DNA from: an uncultured Verrucomicrobiae bacterium
GTDB taxonomy: Bacteria > Chlamydiota > Chlamydiia > Chlamydiales > Rhabdochlamydiaceae
Assembly: GCA_963806855.1 (NCBI GenBank)
Contig: CAWDYW010000001.1
Location: 1,024,001 to 1,088,000, forward strand
Reading direction: 5' to 3'
DNA length: 64,000 bases
Below are positions 19,299-29,639 of the stretch, piece after piece. The position numbers and the translations under genes were made by a program. A model generated the notes under the pieces. The model saw only the letters and a program-made list of their open reading frames with translations. It was not told the DNA's origin and did not search any database. Position 1 is the stretch's first letter, and every line of letters begins with the position of its first letter.

Positions 19299-19913
19299 AT
19301 GGAAAGTTTTAAAGAGCTGATCGAAATTTCAGACATCCTCAATAGCCCGGAAGGCTGCCCCTGGGATCAGAAGCAAACCTTTGCATCGCTACGGCCCTAT
19401 GTCCTGGAGGAGGCCCATGAGGTCCTCGAAGCTGTCGACAAAGAGGACATTGGCGAGATGATCGAAGAGCTGGGCGATCTATTTTACACCGTCATCTTCT
19501 ATGCCAAAGTGGCCGAGAGGGAGAAAAAGTTTACCATGAGCGACATCATTGAGGCGCTCAAGGCAAAACTGATTCGGCGTCATCCCCACGTTTTCGGCGA
19601 AGAAAAAGCGCAGTCGGTGGACGATGTGATCAAGACTTGGAATCGAGTCAAAGGGGAGGAGAAGAAAGATCGCAAGAGCGCCTTGGATGGAATTCCCAAA
19701 ACGCTACCCAGTCTTCAGCGGGCCCAAAAAATTCTGAAGAAAATGAAAAGCAGCCCACAAAATGGGAACGAGTTTAAGGATCGGGGTCAGCAACTGGCTC
19801 AAGCGATCTATGCGATCGTCCAGACCGCCAATGAAGAAGAGATCGATCTGGAAAGCGCCTTTAGAGAATTCTTAAGTGCCCAAGAAAACGCCTTTAGGGA
19901 ATTGGAGGTATAA
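19299..19913 (+). CDS. mazG: MazG-family nucleoside triphosphate pyrophosphohydrolase
   Basis: GCPWDQKQT, EEAHEV, EELGDL, KLIRRHPHVF. AGGAG RBS precedes ATG 19299. Confidence 0.9.
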   Translation: MESFKELIEISDILNSPEGCPWDQKQTFASLRPYVLEEAHEVLEAVDKEDIGEMIEELGDLFYTVIFYAKVAEREKKFTMSDIIEALKAKLIRRHPHVFGEEKAQSVDDVIKTWNRVKGEEKKDRKSALDGIPKTLPSLQRAQKILKKMKSSPQNGNEFKDRGQQLAQAIYAIVQTANEEEIDLESAFREFLSAQENAFRELEV

Positions 19914-19971
19914 TACCAGGGCACACACGAGGCTCTTGCAGTCAAGTCAGCCTTAAGTTAATGTGAGCATT

Positions 19972-20940
19972 ATGAGGAAAATTCCTTTTATTGCTTTCGC
20001 ATGTGCTGCGGCTTCTCTCTATGGACACGACTATTATTGTCCGAGCAATGATATCGTCCTTTTTGCAGACTATGCCTATTTGACTCGGTCTTCGATCCGC
20101 GATTTTCCCTTAGTGAGGAATACAAGCACCGCCACCAACCCCAAGACCATTTTAGATACCGAAGATATGGTGGATGCGATGGGCAATGAGTCGGCGATTA
20201 AGGTCGGAATACTCTGGGATCATAATGCCTTTGATTCCATCGAGCTCTTCTACACCTATGTCCGCCCCTGGCATTCGAAGAAAACCTTCGATAATCCAGG
20301 GGTACTCAGTTATGCCTTCAAGGATTTTGCCACTGTCCTCAATGGCTTTTTCGATGCTGACACAGCCGTTGCCAAATACAGCTCCTGGCTGCAGAATGCC
20401 GAGTTCAATTACTGGATTCATGTCACCCCTCAATATGTCGATTATTTTTCGTTCTCATGGGATATGGGACTTCGCTACATCTCTTTGCAAGAGCATTTTA
20501 GCCTCCGCTTTATTCATCCCACTGCAGAGGCCCATTATGCAGTGAAAACAAACAACAATCTCTATGGCGTTCAGCTAGGCGCTGTGCTTGAGGTCAATCC
20601 GACCGATTACTGGACCTGGACCTTCATGGTCAAGACGGCAGCTTTTGCCAACAAAGCCAACGATCATGTCCTGATTACCGATCCGACCGATGCCAATGCC
20701 CCTCCGAACAAGTCAAAACATAAGCTGGTCCCAACAGGTCTTGTTGAGGGATATTTGTCGCTTGCCTTTCACCCCTCTTCTTTCTTGAGCTTCCATGTCG
20801 GCTATGATGGTTTTCTTCTGTTTGGACTTGCCCTGGCTCCTGAACAGAGAGCACTAAGCACCAGCCGCTCCATTGGCCTACGGGCAAATGGGCAGATTGT
20901 GGTTAATGGCTTTTATTTGGGCGTGAGTTTGAGATACTAA
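19972..20940 (+). CDS. Probable outer-membrane beta-barrel protein
   Basis: Signal-peptide-like N-terminus, amphipathic strands (GLRYISLQE, NNLYGVQLG), C-terminal aromatic beta-signal LGVSLRY. Confidence 0.65.
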   Translation: MRKIPFIAFACAAASLYGHDYYCPSNDIVLFADYAYLTRSSIRDFPLVRNTSTATNPKTILDTEDMVDAMGNESAIKVGILWDHNAFDSIELFYTYVRPWHSKKTFDNPGVLSYAFKDFATVLNGFFDADTAVAKYSSWLQNAEFNYWIHVTPQYVDYFSFSWDMGLRYISLQEHFSLRFIHPTAEAHYAVKTNNNLYGVQLGAVLEVNPTDYWTWTFMVKTAAFANKANDHVLITDPTDANAPPNKSKHKLVPTGLVEGYLSLAFHPSSFLSFHVGYDGFLLFGLALAPEQRALSTSRSIGLRANGQIVVNGFYLGVSLRY

Positions 20941-20958
20941 GAGATACTAAAGAAAAAA

Positions 20959-21054
20959 GCTGGAGATGATTCTCAGCAACGAGACCTTTCCTTAAGGCTG
21001 CTACCTTCCGGTCCTGACCTGGTTCGGATGCCTCGAATCCAAGAGATCCCCAGC
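20959..21054 (-). ncRNA. ffs: Signal recognition particle RNA (4.5S)
   Basis: Minus strand contains CCAGGTCAGGACCGGAAGGTAGCAGCC (SRP helix 8), terminal GCTGG/CCAGC stem, T-run after the 3' end, and TATAAT upstream (21066-21071). Confidence 0.92.
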
Positions 21055-21147
21055 AAAAAAATTACATTATAGCACATCCCCTATTTTTTTCTGCGACTAT
21101 ATGAGACCTCTCTATGTCGCAATGAGAAATAGTTCTGTAGAAACAGC

Positions 21148-21492
21148 TTACGCGATCGCTTGTCTTACAATCCCAATATTTTGTTTGATTGGAAGGAATT
21201 TGCCATTCTTGATGATGGGCTGTATTTGTTCATGCTTATATTCATTTTCTTCAACCCATAAATCGTAATTTTGCTGTAAGTTTAACCAAAGCTGTGGAGT
21301 CGTATCGAATGCTTCCGCTAAAGCTATTGCGATGGCAGGAGTAATGCTTGCCCTACCAGACCTAATCTTAAATAAAGTGTTTCGAGCAATACGTAGTCTA
21401 TCAGCAAGCATCTGCAAATTTAGCCCAAGAGGCTTAATATAAAGTTCATCAAGTATTTTTCCTGGATGATTGGGTTTTCTTTTTGTTGCCAT
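21148..21492 (-). CDS. higA: HigA-family antitoxin
   Basis: NHPGKIL...HTH...TTPQLWLNLQQNYDLW. Confidence 0.9.
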   Translation of the reverse strand: MATKRKPNHPGKILDELYIKPLGLNLQMLADRLRIARNTLFKIRSGRASITPAIAIALAEAFDTTPQLWLNLQQNYDLWVEENEYKHEQIQPIIKNGKFLPIKQNIGIVRQAIA

Positions 21493-21505
21493 AATTAACT
21501 TTCCT

Positions 21506-21787
21506 CTAGTGGTAATCTATTAAATCTATATCATGAGCTTCGCCATTTTCAAAGCGAAAAATGATTCTCCAATTACCGCTCACGCTAACCGAATGAAATA
21601 GTCTCAAATCGCCCCTTAAGGGGTGCAAATTCGACCCAGGGAAGTTCATATCTTTAACTTCCAAAGCATTATCAAGCAGGTCTAAAATAAGCTCAATTTT
21701 ATTAGTGTGGGCTGGTTGAATTCCTGCCTTGATCCCCGATTCAAAAAACTTCTTCAGTCCCTTATTCTTAAATGTCTTAATCGTCAC
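21506..21787 (-). CDS. higB: HigB (RelE-family) toxin
   Basis: IKTFKNKGLKKFFESG, LHPLRGD, SVSVSGNWRIIFRF, IDYH. Toxin-first order. GTG start at 21787 is preferred because the predicted -10 overlaps ATG 21808. Confidence 0.9.
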   Translation of the reverse strand: MTIKTFKNKGLKKFFESGIKAGIQPAHTNKIELILDLLDNALEVKDMNFPGSNLHPLRGDLRLFHSVSVSGNWRIIFRFENGEAHDIDLIDYH

Positions 21788-21806
21788 GAAACTCTCATTT
21801 GCTCTC

Positions 21807-21836
21807 ATTGTAACCTACTTGGTTACATTTTGTCAA
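21807..21836 (-). promoter_or_regulatory. higBA promoter with overlapping palindromic operator
   Basis: Minus strand TTGACA (21831-21836) and TACAAT (21807-21812). IR TGTAACC-N5-GGTTACA (21809-21827) overlaps the -10 and spacer. Confidence 0.65.
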
Positions 21837-21961
21837 ATGATCCGGTTATCTAAAATCTGCCCAGCTCAACGTGCTTATTACTTTAACCCATTCTAATTCA
21901 GCGAGTAAGATTATTTCAAAATCCTTCTATAATTTTTTTAGATCCCGCTTCCATGGTTGCC

Positions 21962-23506
21962 CTATAAGGTTAGAGGGTTGCCCTCAACAAGGCATTTATT
22001 CTGCTGAGAGAACTGAAGGATCCATTCAGGTAACGAGTTGAGTTGGTTGTAGCTGAGATGGAGCCATCTTAGCTGAGAGAGCTGACTGAGCTCTAGAGGT
22101 ATCGAGGTGAGTTGGTTGTGGTTGAGATTGAGCTCTCTTAGCTTAGAAAGCCGACCGAGTTGCGGAGGTATCGAGGTGAGTTGGTTGTTTTTGAGATAGA
22201 GCGATTCTAGCTGCGAGAGCTGACCGATGTGCTCAGGTATCGCGGTGAGTTTATTGTCGCCGAGATCGAGTTTTTTTAGCTGAGAGAGCTGACCGATCTG
22301 CTCAGGTATTGCGGTGAGTTGGTTGTTGCTGAGATAGAGCGATTCTAGCTGCGAGAGCTGACCGATGTGCTTAGGTATCGCGGTGAGTTTATTGTTACAG
22401 AGATCGAGTTTTTCTAGTTGAGAGAGCTGACCGATCTGCTCAGGTACCGAGGTGAGTTTATTGTTACAGAGATCGAGATATTGTAGCTGAGAGAGCTGAC
22501 CGATCTGCTCAGGTATCGCGGTGAGTTTATTGTTACAGAGATCGAGTTTTTCTAGCTGAGAGAGCTGACCGATCTGCTCAGGTAGTGAGGTGAGTTTGTT
22601 GGAGCTGAGATTGACCTTTTCTAGGTTAGAGAGCTGACCAATCTGCTCAGGCAAAGAGGTGAGATGATCGGATACGAGAACGAGAGCTGTCAATTGAATA
22701 AGTTCATGTTGATTTGCATTAAACCATGCATCAAATTCTCTAGACTTGGTGATGATGTCCTCTTCAGTATTTAACTCAGGGAGGTTTGGGCCTGGTAAAT
22801 TTGCAGAAGCAGCCAATCCTTGCCATACAATAAGAGTATCTCTAGCTTTCAGCAGGGTAACATTTCGGACATGCCATTCAGGATAGCATCTCGCCTTTGC
22901 GATTGTCTCTTGAGTGGTTAGATTATAAATCTCACCAGGCCCCTTTAAATTTAGACGAGGAAAATCATCATTAATTCTGTTAGTTAACTTGCTCCATCTA
23001 CGGAGGTCTTTTCGTGCCTGGAGCCATTCTTGGATGGTGTTTATCTGATCAATGGTAGGTCCTTTTAAGCTTTGAGTAATATCATTTGGTCGATTTTTAA
23101 TCGCCATAGCTTTTTTTTGTATGCGACGAATAAAATCCAGTACTTGCTTAAAGATGGGATGATCACTAGTCCTGTCGATGGGGCAATTGATTCGTTTAGC
23201 GATGGAGCTCCAGATTTGGGAATTGGATACTTGTGCATTTGCAGTTGTGGATGTAAGACTGAATTCGGCCAATTCAGGGAGATCAAAGAATGTGAGCAAA
23301 AGTATTTTAAGGTTCAGGTCTGGCAACTCATCGAAAACAAAACCTGAGCTTGGAGAAGGAGGAGCCTCTGATTTTCCAAGGTTTTTTTCAGAGACGCTTT
23401 GCACTTTTTCACTCAGGGTAGAAGGTGTAGAAGCTTTTTGCTCAACCGCAGATTGACGGACAAAAGGTTCGAAGGGGTACCGATTAGTGACTGGAGTTGC
23501 GCTCAT
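21962..23506 (-). CDS. F-box-like/LRR effector protein, copy 1
   Basis: S/P-rich N-terminus, F-box-like ELPDLNLKILLLTFFDLPELAEFSLTS..IW, about 10 23-aa LRRs (LxxLxLxxNxLTxIPEQIGQL). Confidence 0.85.
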   Translation of the reverse strand: MSATPVTNRYPFEPFVRQSAVEQKASTPSTLSEKVQSVSEKNLGKSEAPPSPSSGFVFDELPDLNLKILLLTFFDLPELAEFSLTSTTANAQVSNSQIWSSIAKRINCPIDRTSDHPIFKQVLDFIRRIQKKAMAIKNRPNDITQSLKGPTIDQINTIQEWLQARKDLRRWSKLTNRINDDFPRLNLKGPGEIYNLTTQETIAKARCYPEWHVRNVTLLKARDTLIVWQGLAASANLPGPNLPELNTEEDIITKSREFDAWFNANQHELIQLTALVLVSDHLTSLPEQIGQLSNLEKVNLSSNKLTSLPEQIGQLSQLEKLDLCNNKLTAIPEQIGQLSQLQYLDLCNNKLTSVPEQIGQLSQLEKLDLCNNKLTAIPKHIGQLSQLESLYLSNNQLTAIPEQIGQLSQLKKLDLGDNKLTAIPEHIGQLSQLESLYLKNNQLTSIPPQLGRLSKLRELNLNHNQLTSIPLELSQLSQLRWLHLSYNQLNSLPEWILQFSQQNKCLVEGNPLTL

Positions 23507-23596
23507 ATTATCTCTATTAAAAATTATGGAATGACTCTATCAAGAATGATTGGAAATTGTCAATATAAGCATGCCAATGAAGGTTGATATGTTTAA

Positions 23597-23670
23597 TTAT
23601 TTGAAATCCTTTTCATAGCGTAGGGGTAGATCCTGTTTCCATGGACAATAGCTGTTGCAAAAAGTCGATT
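23597..23670 (-). repeat. Displaced copy of the M48 peptidase 3' end (one of six)
   Basis: Encodes CNSYCPWKQDLPLRYEKDFK* versus the M48 end CNSYCPWKQDLPLRYGKDFRQ*. Other copies lie at ~21940-21956, ~25526-25543, ~27181-27216, ~29505-29547 and ~30631-30701. Confidence 0.85.
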
Positions 23671-23761
23671 CATGCAACCTTACATTTCCAACCGATGCCT
23701 ATGCCCCTTCCAATGTGTAGCAAATAGAAATATCTCCTTAGAAATGATAAAAAATACTTTA

Positions 23762-25435
23762 TCAAAAGAGCATCGGTTGTATCCGTGAGACGAAAGAACT
23801 AAGGTGATTAGCAGCAGAGGACAAAGCATGTAGAGCAACTTCTTGATAGCGGTAAATCCCATAGCTGGCCATAGCTACGGCTAATGCGGAAATAGCAACT
23901 TTATGCTCCTTAGCAAAAATGGTTGCCCTATGTTTTAAGGAGAATAGGTTGCCCGCAATGTTGAATCCATTCAAATAAGCATGATTTTGGATCTCTTCTG
24001 GCGGAGAGGGCTGGCCAACTTCCTTAGGAATCGTCAGGTCTGGTGAATTATTGCTAAGATTGAGATTTCTAATCTTAGAGAGCACATCGATCTGCTCAGG
24101 TTTTAAAGTGAGTCGATTATTGCTGAGATCGAGCCTTTCTAGCTTAGGGAGCTGACCGATCTGCTCAGGTAACGAGGTGAGTTGGTTGTAGCCGAGATCG
24201 AGATCACTTAGCTGGGAGAGCTGACCGATCTGCTCAGGTATCGAGGTGAGTTCGTTGTTGCGGAGACAGAGCTTTTTTAGCTGAGAGAGCTGACTGAGCT
24301 GCTGAGGTATCGAGGTGAGTTGGTTCCAGCCGAGATGGAGGTTTTCTAGCTGAGAGAGCTGACTGAGCTGCCGAGGTATCGAGGTGAGTTGGTTGAAGCC
24401 GAGATTGAGCTTTTCTAGTTGAGAGAGCTGACCGATCTGCTCAGGTATCGAGGTGAGATTATTGCAGACGAGATCGAGCTTTTCTAGCTTAGAGAGCTGA
24501 CCGATCTGCTCAGGTATCGAGGTAAGTTTATTGCCGCCGAGATCGAGCTTTTCTAGCTGAGAGAGCTGACCGATCTGCTCAGGTATCGAGGTGAGTTTTT
24601 TGTTGGCGAGGTTGAGAACTATCAATTGAATAAGCTCATTATGATTTGCATTAAACCATGCATCAAATTCACTAGACTTGGTGATGATGTCCTCTTTAGT
24701 ATTTAACTCAGCGAGGTTTGGGCCTGGCAAATTTGCAGAAGCAGCCAATTGTCGCCATACAATAAGATTATCCCTAGCATTCAGCAGGGTAGCATTTTGG
24801 GTATGCCATTCACGATAGACAATTGCTTTTGCGATTGTCTCTTGAGTGGTTAGATTGTCAATCGCACCCGGACCTTCTAAATTTAGGCCAGGAAATTCTC
24901 CATTAATTCTGTCAGTTAACTTGAGCCAGTAAAAGAGGGCCTTGCTTGTCTGGAGCCATTTTTGGATAGTGTTTATCTGATCAATGGTTGGTCCTTTTAA
25001 GCTTTGAGTAATATCATTTGGTCGATTTTCAATCGCCATAGCTTTTTTTTGTATGCGACCAATAAAATCCAGTACCTGCTTAAAGATCGGACGATCAGAA
25101 GCCTTGTCGATGGGGCAATTGATTCGTTTGGCGATTGAATTCCAGATTTGGAAATCGGATGCTAGTGCATTTGCAGTTGTGGATGTGAGGCTGAATTCGG
25201 CCAGCTCAGGGAGATCAAAGAATGTGAGGAAATGAATTTTATACTGGTCCTGCAATTCATCGAAAATAAAACCTTGGGCTGGAGAAGGAAGAGCCTCTGA
25301 TTTTCCAAGGGTTTTTTCAGAGACGCTTTGAACTTTTTCACTAGGGGCAGATGAGGTATAAGCCTTTTGCTTAACAGCTGGTTGACGTATAAAAGGTTCG
25401 AAGGGGTACCGGTTATTGACTGAAATTGCGCTCAT
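23762..25435 (-). CDS. F-box-like/LRR effector protein, copy 2 (hydrophobic C-tail)
   Basis: Paralog of copy 1 with about 9 LRRs and C-terminal AISALAVAMASYGIY hydrophobic segment. Confidence 0.85.
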   Translation of the reverse strand: MSAISVNNRYPFEPFIRQPAVKQKAYTSSAPSEKVQSVSEKTLGKSEALPSPAQGFIFDELQDQYKIHFLTFFDLPELAEFSLTSTTANALASDFQIWNSIAKRINCPIDKASDRPIFKQVLDFIGRIQKKAMAIENRPNDITQSLKGPTIDQINTIQKWLQTSKALFYWLKLTDRINGEFPGLNLEGPGAIDNLTTQETIAKAIVYREWHTQNATLLNARDNLIVWRQLAASANLPGPNLAELNTKEDIITKSSEFDAWFNANHNELIQLIVLNLANKKLTSIPEQIGQLSQLEKLDLGGNKLTSIPEQIGQLSKLEKLDLVCNNLTSIPEQIGQLSQLEKLNLGFNQLTSIPRQLSQLSQLENLHLGWNQLTSIPQQLSQLSQLKKLCLRNNELTSIPEQIGQLSQLSDLDLGYNQLTSLPEQIGQLPKLERLDLSNNRLTLKPEQIDVLSKIRNLNLSNNSPDLTIPKEVGQPSPPEEIQNHAYLNGFNIAGNLFSLKHRATIFAKEHKVAISALAVAMASYGIYRYQEVALHALSSAANHLSSFVSRIQPMLF

Positions 25436-25549
25436 ATTGTCTCGATTTAAAATTAATTGTATAACTCTATCAAAACAAGTAGGTTAAAGTCAACAATATT
25501 ATTAATTTAGACTAATGTTGTGGGTGCAGATCCAGCTTCCATGATTGCC

Positions 25550-27088
25550 CTATAAGGATAGAGGGTTGCCGTCAACAAGGCATTTAATCCGCCAAGAGAA
25601 CTGAAGGATCCATTCAGGTAACGAGTTGAGTTGGTTGTAGCTGAGATCGATTTTTTTTAGCTGAGAGAGCTGACCGAGCTGCTCAGGTAACGAGTTGAGT
25701 TGGTTATAGCTGAGATGGAGCCATCTTAGCTGAGAGAGCTGACTGAGCTCAAGAGGTATCGAGTTGAGTTGGTTGTAGCTGAGATTGAGCTCCCTTAGCT
25801 TAGAAAGCCGACCGAGTTGTGGAGGTATCGAGGTGAGTTGGTTATTTTTGAGACCGAGAAATACTAGCTGAGAGAGCTGAACAATCTGCTCAGGTATCGA
25901 GGTGAATTGGTTGGAGTTGAGATAGAGCCATTCTAGCTGAGAAAGCTGACCGATCTGCTCAGGTAATGCGGTGAATTTATTGTTGTTGAGATCGAGTTTT
26001 TCTAGCTGAGAGAGCTGACCGATCTGCTGAGGTAATGAGGTGAGTTGGTTGTACATGAGATTGAGCTCTTTTAGCTTAGAGAGCTGACCAATCTGCTGAG
26101 GTATCGCAGTGAGTTGGTTGAAACTGAGATCGAGGTTTTCTAGCTTAGAGAGCCGTCCGATCCATTCAGGTACTGAGGTGAGTCTATTGTTGCAGAGATC
26201 GAGTTTTTCTAGCTGAGAGAGCTGCCCGATCTGCTCAGGTAAAGAGGTGAGTTTATCATCGCTGAGATCGAGAATTGTCGATTGAATAAGCTCATTTTGA
26301 TTTGCATTAAACCATGCATCAAATTCTCTAGACTTGGTGATGATATCCTCTTCAGTATTTAACTCAGAGAGGTTTGGGCCTGGTAAATTTGCAGAAGCAG
26401 CCAATCGTCGCCATACAATAAAAATATCTCTAGCTTTCAATAGGGTATGATTTTGTCCATACCATCCAGGATAGAGTCTCGCTTTTGCGATTGTCTCTTG
26501 AGTGGTTAGATCTTTAATTGCACCAGGTCCCTCAAAATTTAGGCGAGGAAATATGTGATTAAGCCTCTTAGCTAAGCGATGCCAGTTAATAAGGACTTTT
26601 CGTGCCTGGAGCCATTTTTGGATGGTATTTATCTGATCAATGGTGGGTCCTTTTAAGCTTAGAGTAATATCACCTGGTCGATTTTCAATTGCCACGGCTT
26701 CTTCTCGGATGCGATCAATAAAATCCAGTACCTGCTTAAAGATCGGACGATCAGAAGCCTTGTCGATGGGGCAATTGATTCGTTTGGCGATTGAATTCCA
26801 GATTTGGAAATCGGATGCTAGTGCATTTGCAGTTGTAGATGTGAGACTGAATTCGGCCAGCTCAGGGAGATCAAAGAATGTGAGCAAATGAATTTTATAC
26901 TGGTCCTGCAATTCATCGAAAACAAAATCTTGGTTTTGGGAAGAAGGAGCCTCTGATTTTCCAAGGTTTTTTTCAGAGACGCTTTGAACTTTTTCACTAA
27001 GGGCAGATGAGGTAGAAGCCTTTTGGTCAACCGCTAGTTGACGTATAAAAGGCGCGAAAGGGTATGGCTTATCTGATATTATGCTCAT
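25550..27088 (-). CDS. F-box-like/LRR effector protein, copy 3
   Basis: Paralog with about 10 LRRs; C-cap nearly identical to copy 1. Confidence 0.85.
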   Translation of the reverse strand: MSIISDKPYPFAPFIRQLAVDQKASTSSALSEKVQSVSEKNLGKSEAPSSQNQDFVFDELQDQYKIHLLTFFDLPELAEFSLTSTTANALASDFQIWNSIAKRINCPIDKASDRPIFKQVLDFIDRIREEAVAIENRPGDITLSLKGPTIDQINTIQKWLQARKVLINWHRLAKRLNHIFPRLNFEGPGAIKDLTTQETIAKARLYPGWYGQNHTLLKARDIFIVWRRLAASANLPGPNLSELNTEEDIITKSREFDAWFNANQNELIQSTILDLSDDKLTSLPEQIGQLSQLEKLDLCNNRLTSVPEWIGRLSKLENLDLSFNQLTAIPQQIGQLSKLKELNLMYNQLTSLPQQIGQLSQLEKLDLNNNKFTALPEQIGQLSQLEWLYLNSNQFTSIPEQIVQLSQLVFLGLKNNQLTSIPPQLGRLSKLRELNLSYNQLNSIPLELSQLSQLRWLHLSYNQLNSLPEQLGQLSQLKKIDLSYNQLNSLPEWILQFSWRIKCLVDGNPLSL

Positions 27089-27309
27089 AGTTTTATCTTG
27101 ATTAAAATTTATAATATAATTTTATCAAAATAATTAATTAAAGTCAAGAGCATTGTTACTTATAGACTAATGTTGTAAGAGCAGATCCTGCTTCCATGGA
27201 CAATAGCTGAGTCGATTCACGCAACGCTACATTTCTGACCGATGCCTATGCCCCTTCCAATGTGTAGCAAAGAGAAATATCTCCTTAGAAATGGTAAAAA
27301 AATGTTTTG

Positions 27310-29427
27310 TCAAAAGAGCATCGGTTGTATCCGTGAGACGAAAGAACTAAGGTGATTAACAGCAGAGGATAAAGCATGTAGCGCAAATTGTTGATTGCGG
27401 TAAAGCCCATAGCAGGCCGTAGCTATGGCCAGTGCCGAAATAGCACTCTGATGCTCCTTAGCAAAAATGCTTGCCCTATATTTTAAGGATAGAGGGTTGC
27501 CATCAAAGGAGCTCTTCGGCCGCTTACGGATCCATTCAGGTATCGAGGTGAGTTGGTTTGTGTCGAGGTGAAGCGAGCACGGCGGAAAGAGCTGACTGAG
27601 TTGCTCAGGTATCGAGGTGAGTTGGTTGTGGCTGAGATCGAGCACTTTTAGCTGAGAGAGCTGACCGAGTTGCTCAGGTATCGAGGTGAGTTGGTTGTTG
27701 CTGAGATTGAGCTCTGTTAGCTGAGAGAGCTGACAGATCTGCTCAGGTATTGAGGTGAATTGGTTGTAGCTGAGCTCGAGCTTCCTCAATTGAGAGAGCT
27801 GACCGATCTGCACAGGTAAGGAGGTGAGTTGGTTGTTGCTGAGATGGAGATATTGTAGCTGAGAGAGCTGACCGATCTGTTCAGGTATCGAGGTGAGTTG
27901 GTTGTTGCTGAGATAGAGATATTGTAGCTGAGAGAGCTGACAGATCTGCTCAGGTATCGAGGTGAGTTGGTTGTAGCTGAGCTCGAGCTTCCTCAATTGA
28001 GAGAGCTGCCTGATCTGCTCAGGTATCGAGGTGAGTTGGTTGTTGCTGAAATAGAGCCATTCTAGCTGAGAGAGCTGCCCGATCTGTTCAGGTATCGAGG
28101 TGAGTTGGTTGTTGCTGAGATAGAGATGTTGTAGCTGAGAGAGCTGACAGATCTGCTCAGGTATCGAGGTGAGTTGGTTGTTGCTGAGATCGAGATATCG
28201 TAGCTGAGAGAGCTGACCGATCTGCTCAGGTATCGAGGTGAGTTGGTTATTGAAGAGATCGAGACATTGTAGCTGAAAGAGCTGCCTGATCTGCTCAGGT
28301 ATCGAGGTGAGTTGGTTGTTGCTGAAATAGAGCCTTTCTAGCTGAGAGAGCTGCCCGATCTGCTCAGGTAATGAGATGAGTTGGTTGTTGCTGAGATCGA
28401 GTATTTTTAGCTGAGAGAGCTGACCGATCTGCTTAGGTAATGTGGTGAGTTGGTTTTTGCTGAGATTGAGACATTCTAGCTGGGAGAGTTGACCGATCTG
28501 TTCAGATATCGAAGTGAGTTGATTGTTGCTGAGATAGAGATATCGTAGCTGAGAGAGTTGACTGATTTGCTGAGGTATTGAGGTGAGTTGGTTTTGGCTG
28601 AGATTGAGCGACGTTAGTGGAGAGAGCGGATCTCGATTTACGGTAAACCATGCATCAAATTCTCTGGACCTAGTGATGATGTCCTCTTCAGTATTTAACT
28701 CAAGCAGGTTTGGGCCTGGCAAATTTGCAGAAGCAGCTAATTTTCGCCATACAATAAGAGTATCTCTAGCTTTCAGCAGGGTAACATTTAGGGCATGCCA
28801 TTCAGGAAAGAGTCTCGCCTTTGCGATTGCTGCTTGACTGGTTAGATTATCAATCGCACCAGGACCCATTAAATTTAGGCGCGGAAATTCTTTATTAATG
28901 CGCTCAACTAAGTCGCTCCAGTTAATGAGGATCTTTCGTGCCTGGAGCCATTCTTGGATGGTGTTTATCTGATCAATGGTGGGTCCTTTTAAGCTTTGAG
29001 TAATATCATCCGGCCGTTCTTCAATTGCCCTAGCTTCTTTTTGTATGCGGCCAATAAAATCCAGTACCTGCTTAAAGATCGGACGATCAGAAGCCTTGTC
29101 GATGGGGCAATTGATTCGTTTGGCGATTGAATTCCAGATTTGGAAATCGGATGCTAGTGCATTTGCAGTTGTAGATGTGAGACTGAATTCGGCCAGCTCA
29201 GGGAGATCAAAGAATGTGAGCAAATGAATTTTATACTGGTCCTGCAATTCATCGAAAACAAAATCTTGGTTTTGGGAAGAAGGAGCCTCTGATTTTCCAA
29301 GGTTTTTTTCAGAGACGCTTTGAACTTTTTCACTAAGGGCAGATGAGGTAGAAGCTTTTTGGTCAACCGCTGGTTGACGTATAAAAGGCGCGAAGGGGTA
29401 TCGTTTATTGACTGAAGTTGCACTCAT
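27310..29427 (-). CDS. F-box-like/LRR effector protein, copy 4 (hydrophobic C-tail)
   Basis: Start at MSATSVNKRYPF chosen by alignment with paralogs. About 16 LRRs; C-tail like copy 2. Confidence 0.85.
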   Translation of the reverse strand: MSATSVNKRYPFAPFIRQPAVDQKASTSSALSEKVQSVSEKNLGKSEAPSSQNQDFVFDELQDQYKIHLLTFFDLPELAEFSLTSTTANALASDFQIWNSIAKRINCPIDKASDRPIFKQVLDFIGRIQKEARAIEERPDDITQSLKGPTIDQINTIQEWLQARKILINWSDLVERINKEFPRLNLMGPGAIDNLTSQAAIAKARLFPEWHALNVTLLKARDTLIVWRKLAASANLPGPNLLELNTEEDIITRSREFDAWFTVNRDPLSPLTSLNLSQNQLTSIPQQISQLSQLRYLYLSNNQLTSISEQIGQLSQLECLNLSKNQLTTLPKQIGQLSQLKILDLSNNQLISLPEQIGQLSQLERLYFSNNQLTSIPEQIRQLFQLQCLDLFNNQLTSIPEQIGQLSQLRYLDLSNNQLTSIPEQICQLSQLQHLYLSNNQLTSIPEQIGQLSQLEWLYFSNNQLTSIPEQIRQLSQLRKLELSYNQLTSIPEQICQLSQLQYLYLSNNQLTSIPEQIGQLSQLQYLHLSNNQLTSLPVQIGQLSQLRKLELSYNQFTSIPEQICQLSQLTELNLSNNQLTSIPEQLGQLSQLKVLDLSHNQLTSIPEQLSQLFPPCSLHLDTNQLTSIPEWIRKRPKSSFDGNPLSLKYRASIFAKEHQSAISALAIATACYGLYRNQQFALHALSSAVNHLSSFVSRIQPMLF

Positions 29428-29639
29428 ATTGGCTCGATTTAAAAATTTATTGTGAATCGCTATCAAAACTATGGTTAAGCCAATAATAATAGGATGATTC
29501 CAGTTTATTGTCGAAAGTTCTTTCCATAGCGTAGGGGCAGATCCTGTGTTTAAAATTGTGAATTTTGACCGCGCGAAAGTCAAAAAAATGCTCGGAATCT
29601 ACTTGACTCTCAGGGCAAATAAACCCGAAACTCAGGTCA

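Noticed and set aside
20931..21054. SRP RNA or the 10-bp GAGATACTAA duplication as the integration site of the higBA/LRR island
   Set aside because: The island lies on the 5' side of ffs, no ffs fragment is repeated at the far end, and the duplication is a local tandem copy at a stop codon.
29428..29583. N-terminal extension of LRR copy 4 in the ORF track
   Set aside because: It runs through the intergenic M48 remnant; paralog alignment puts the start at 29427.
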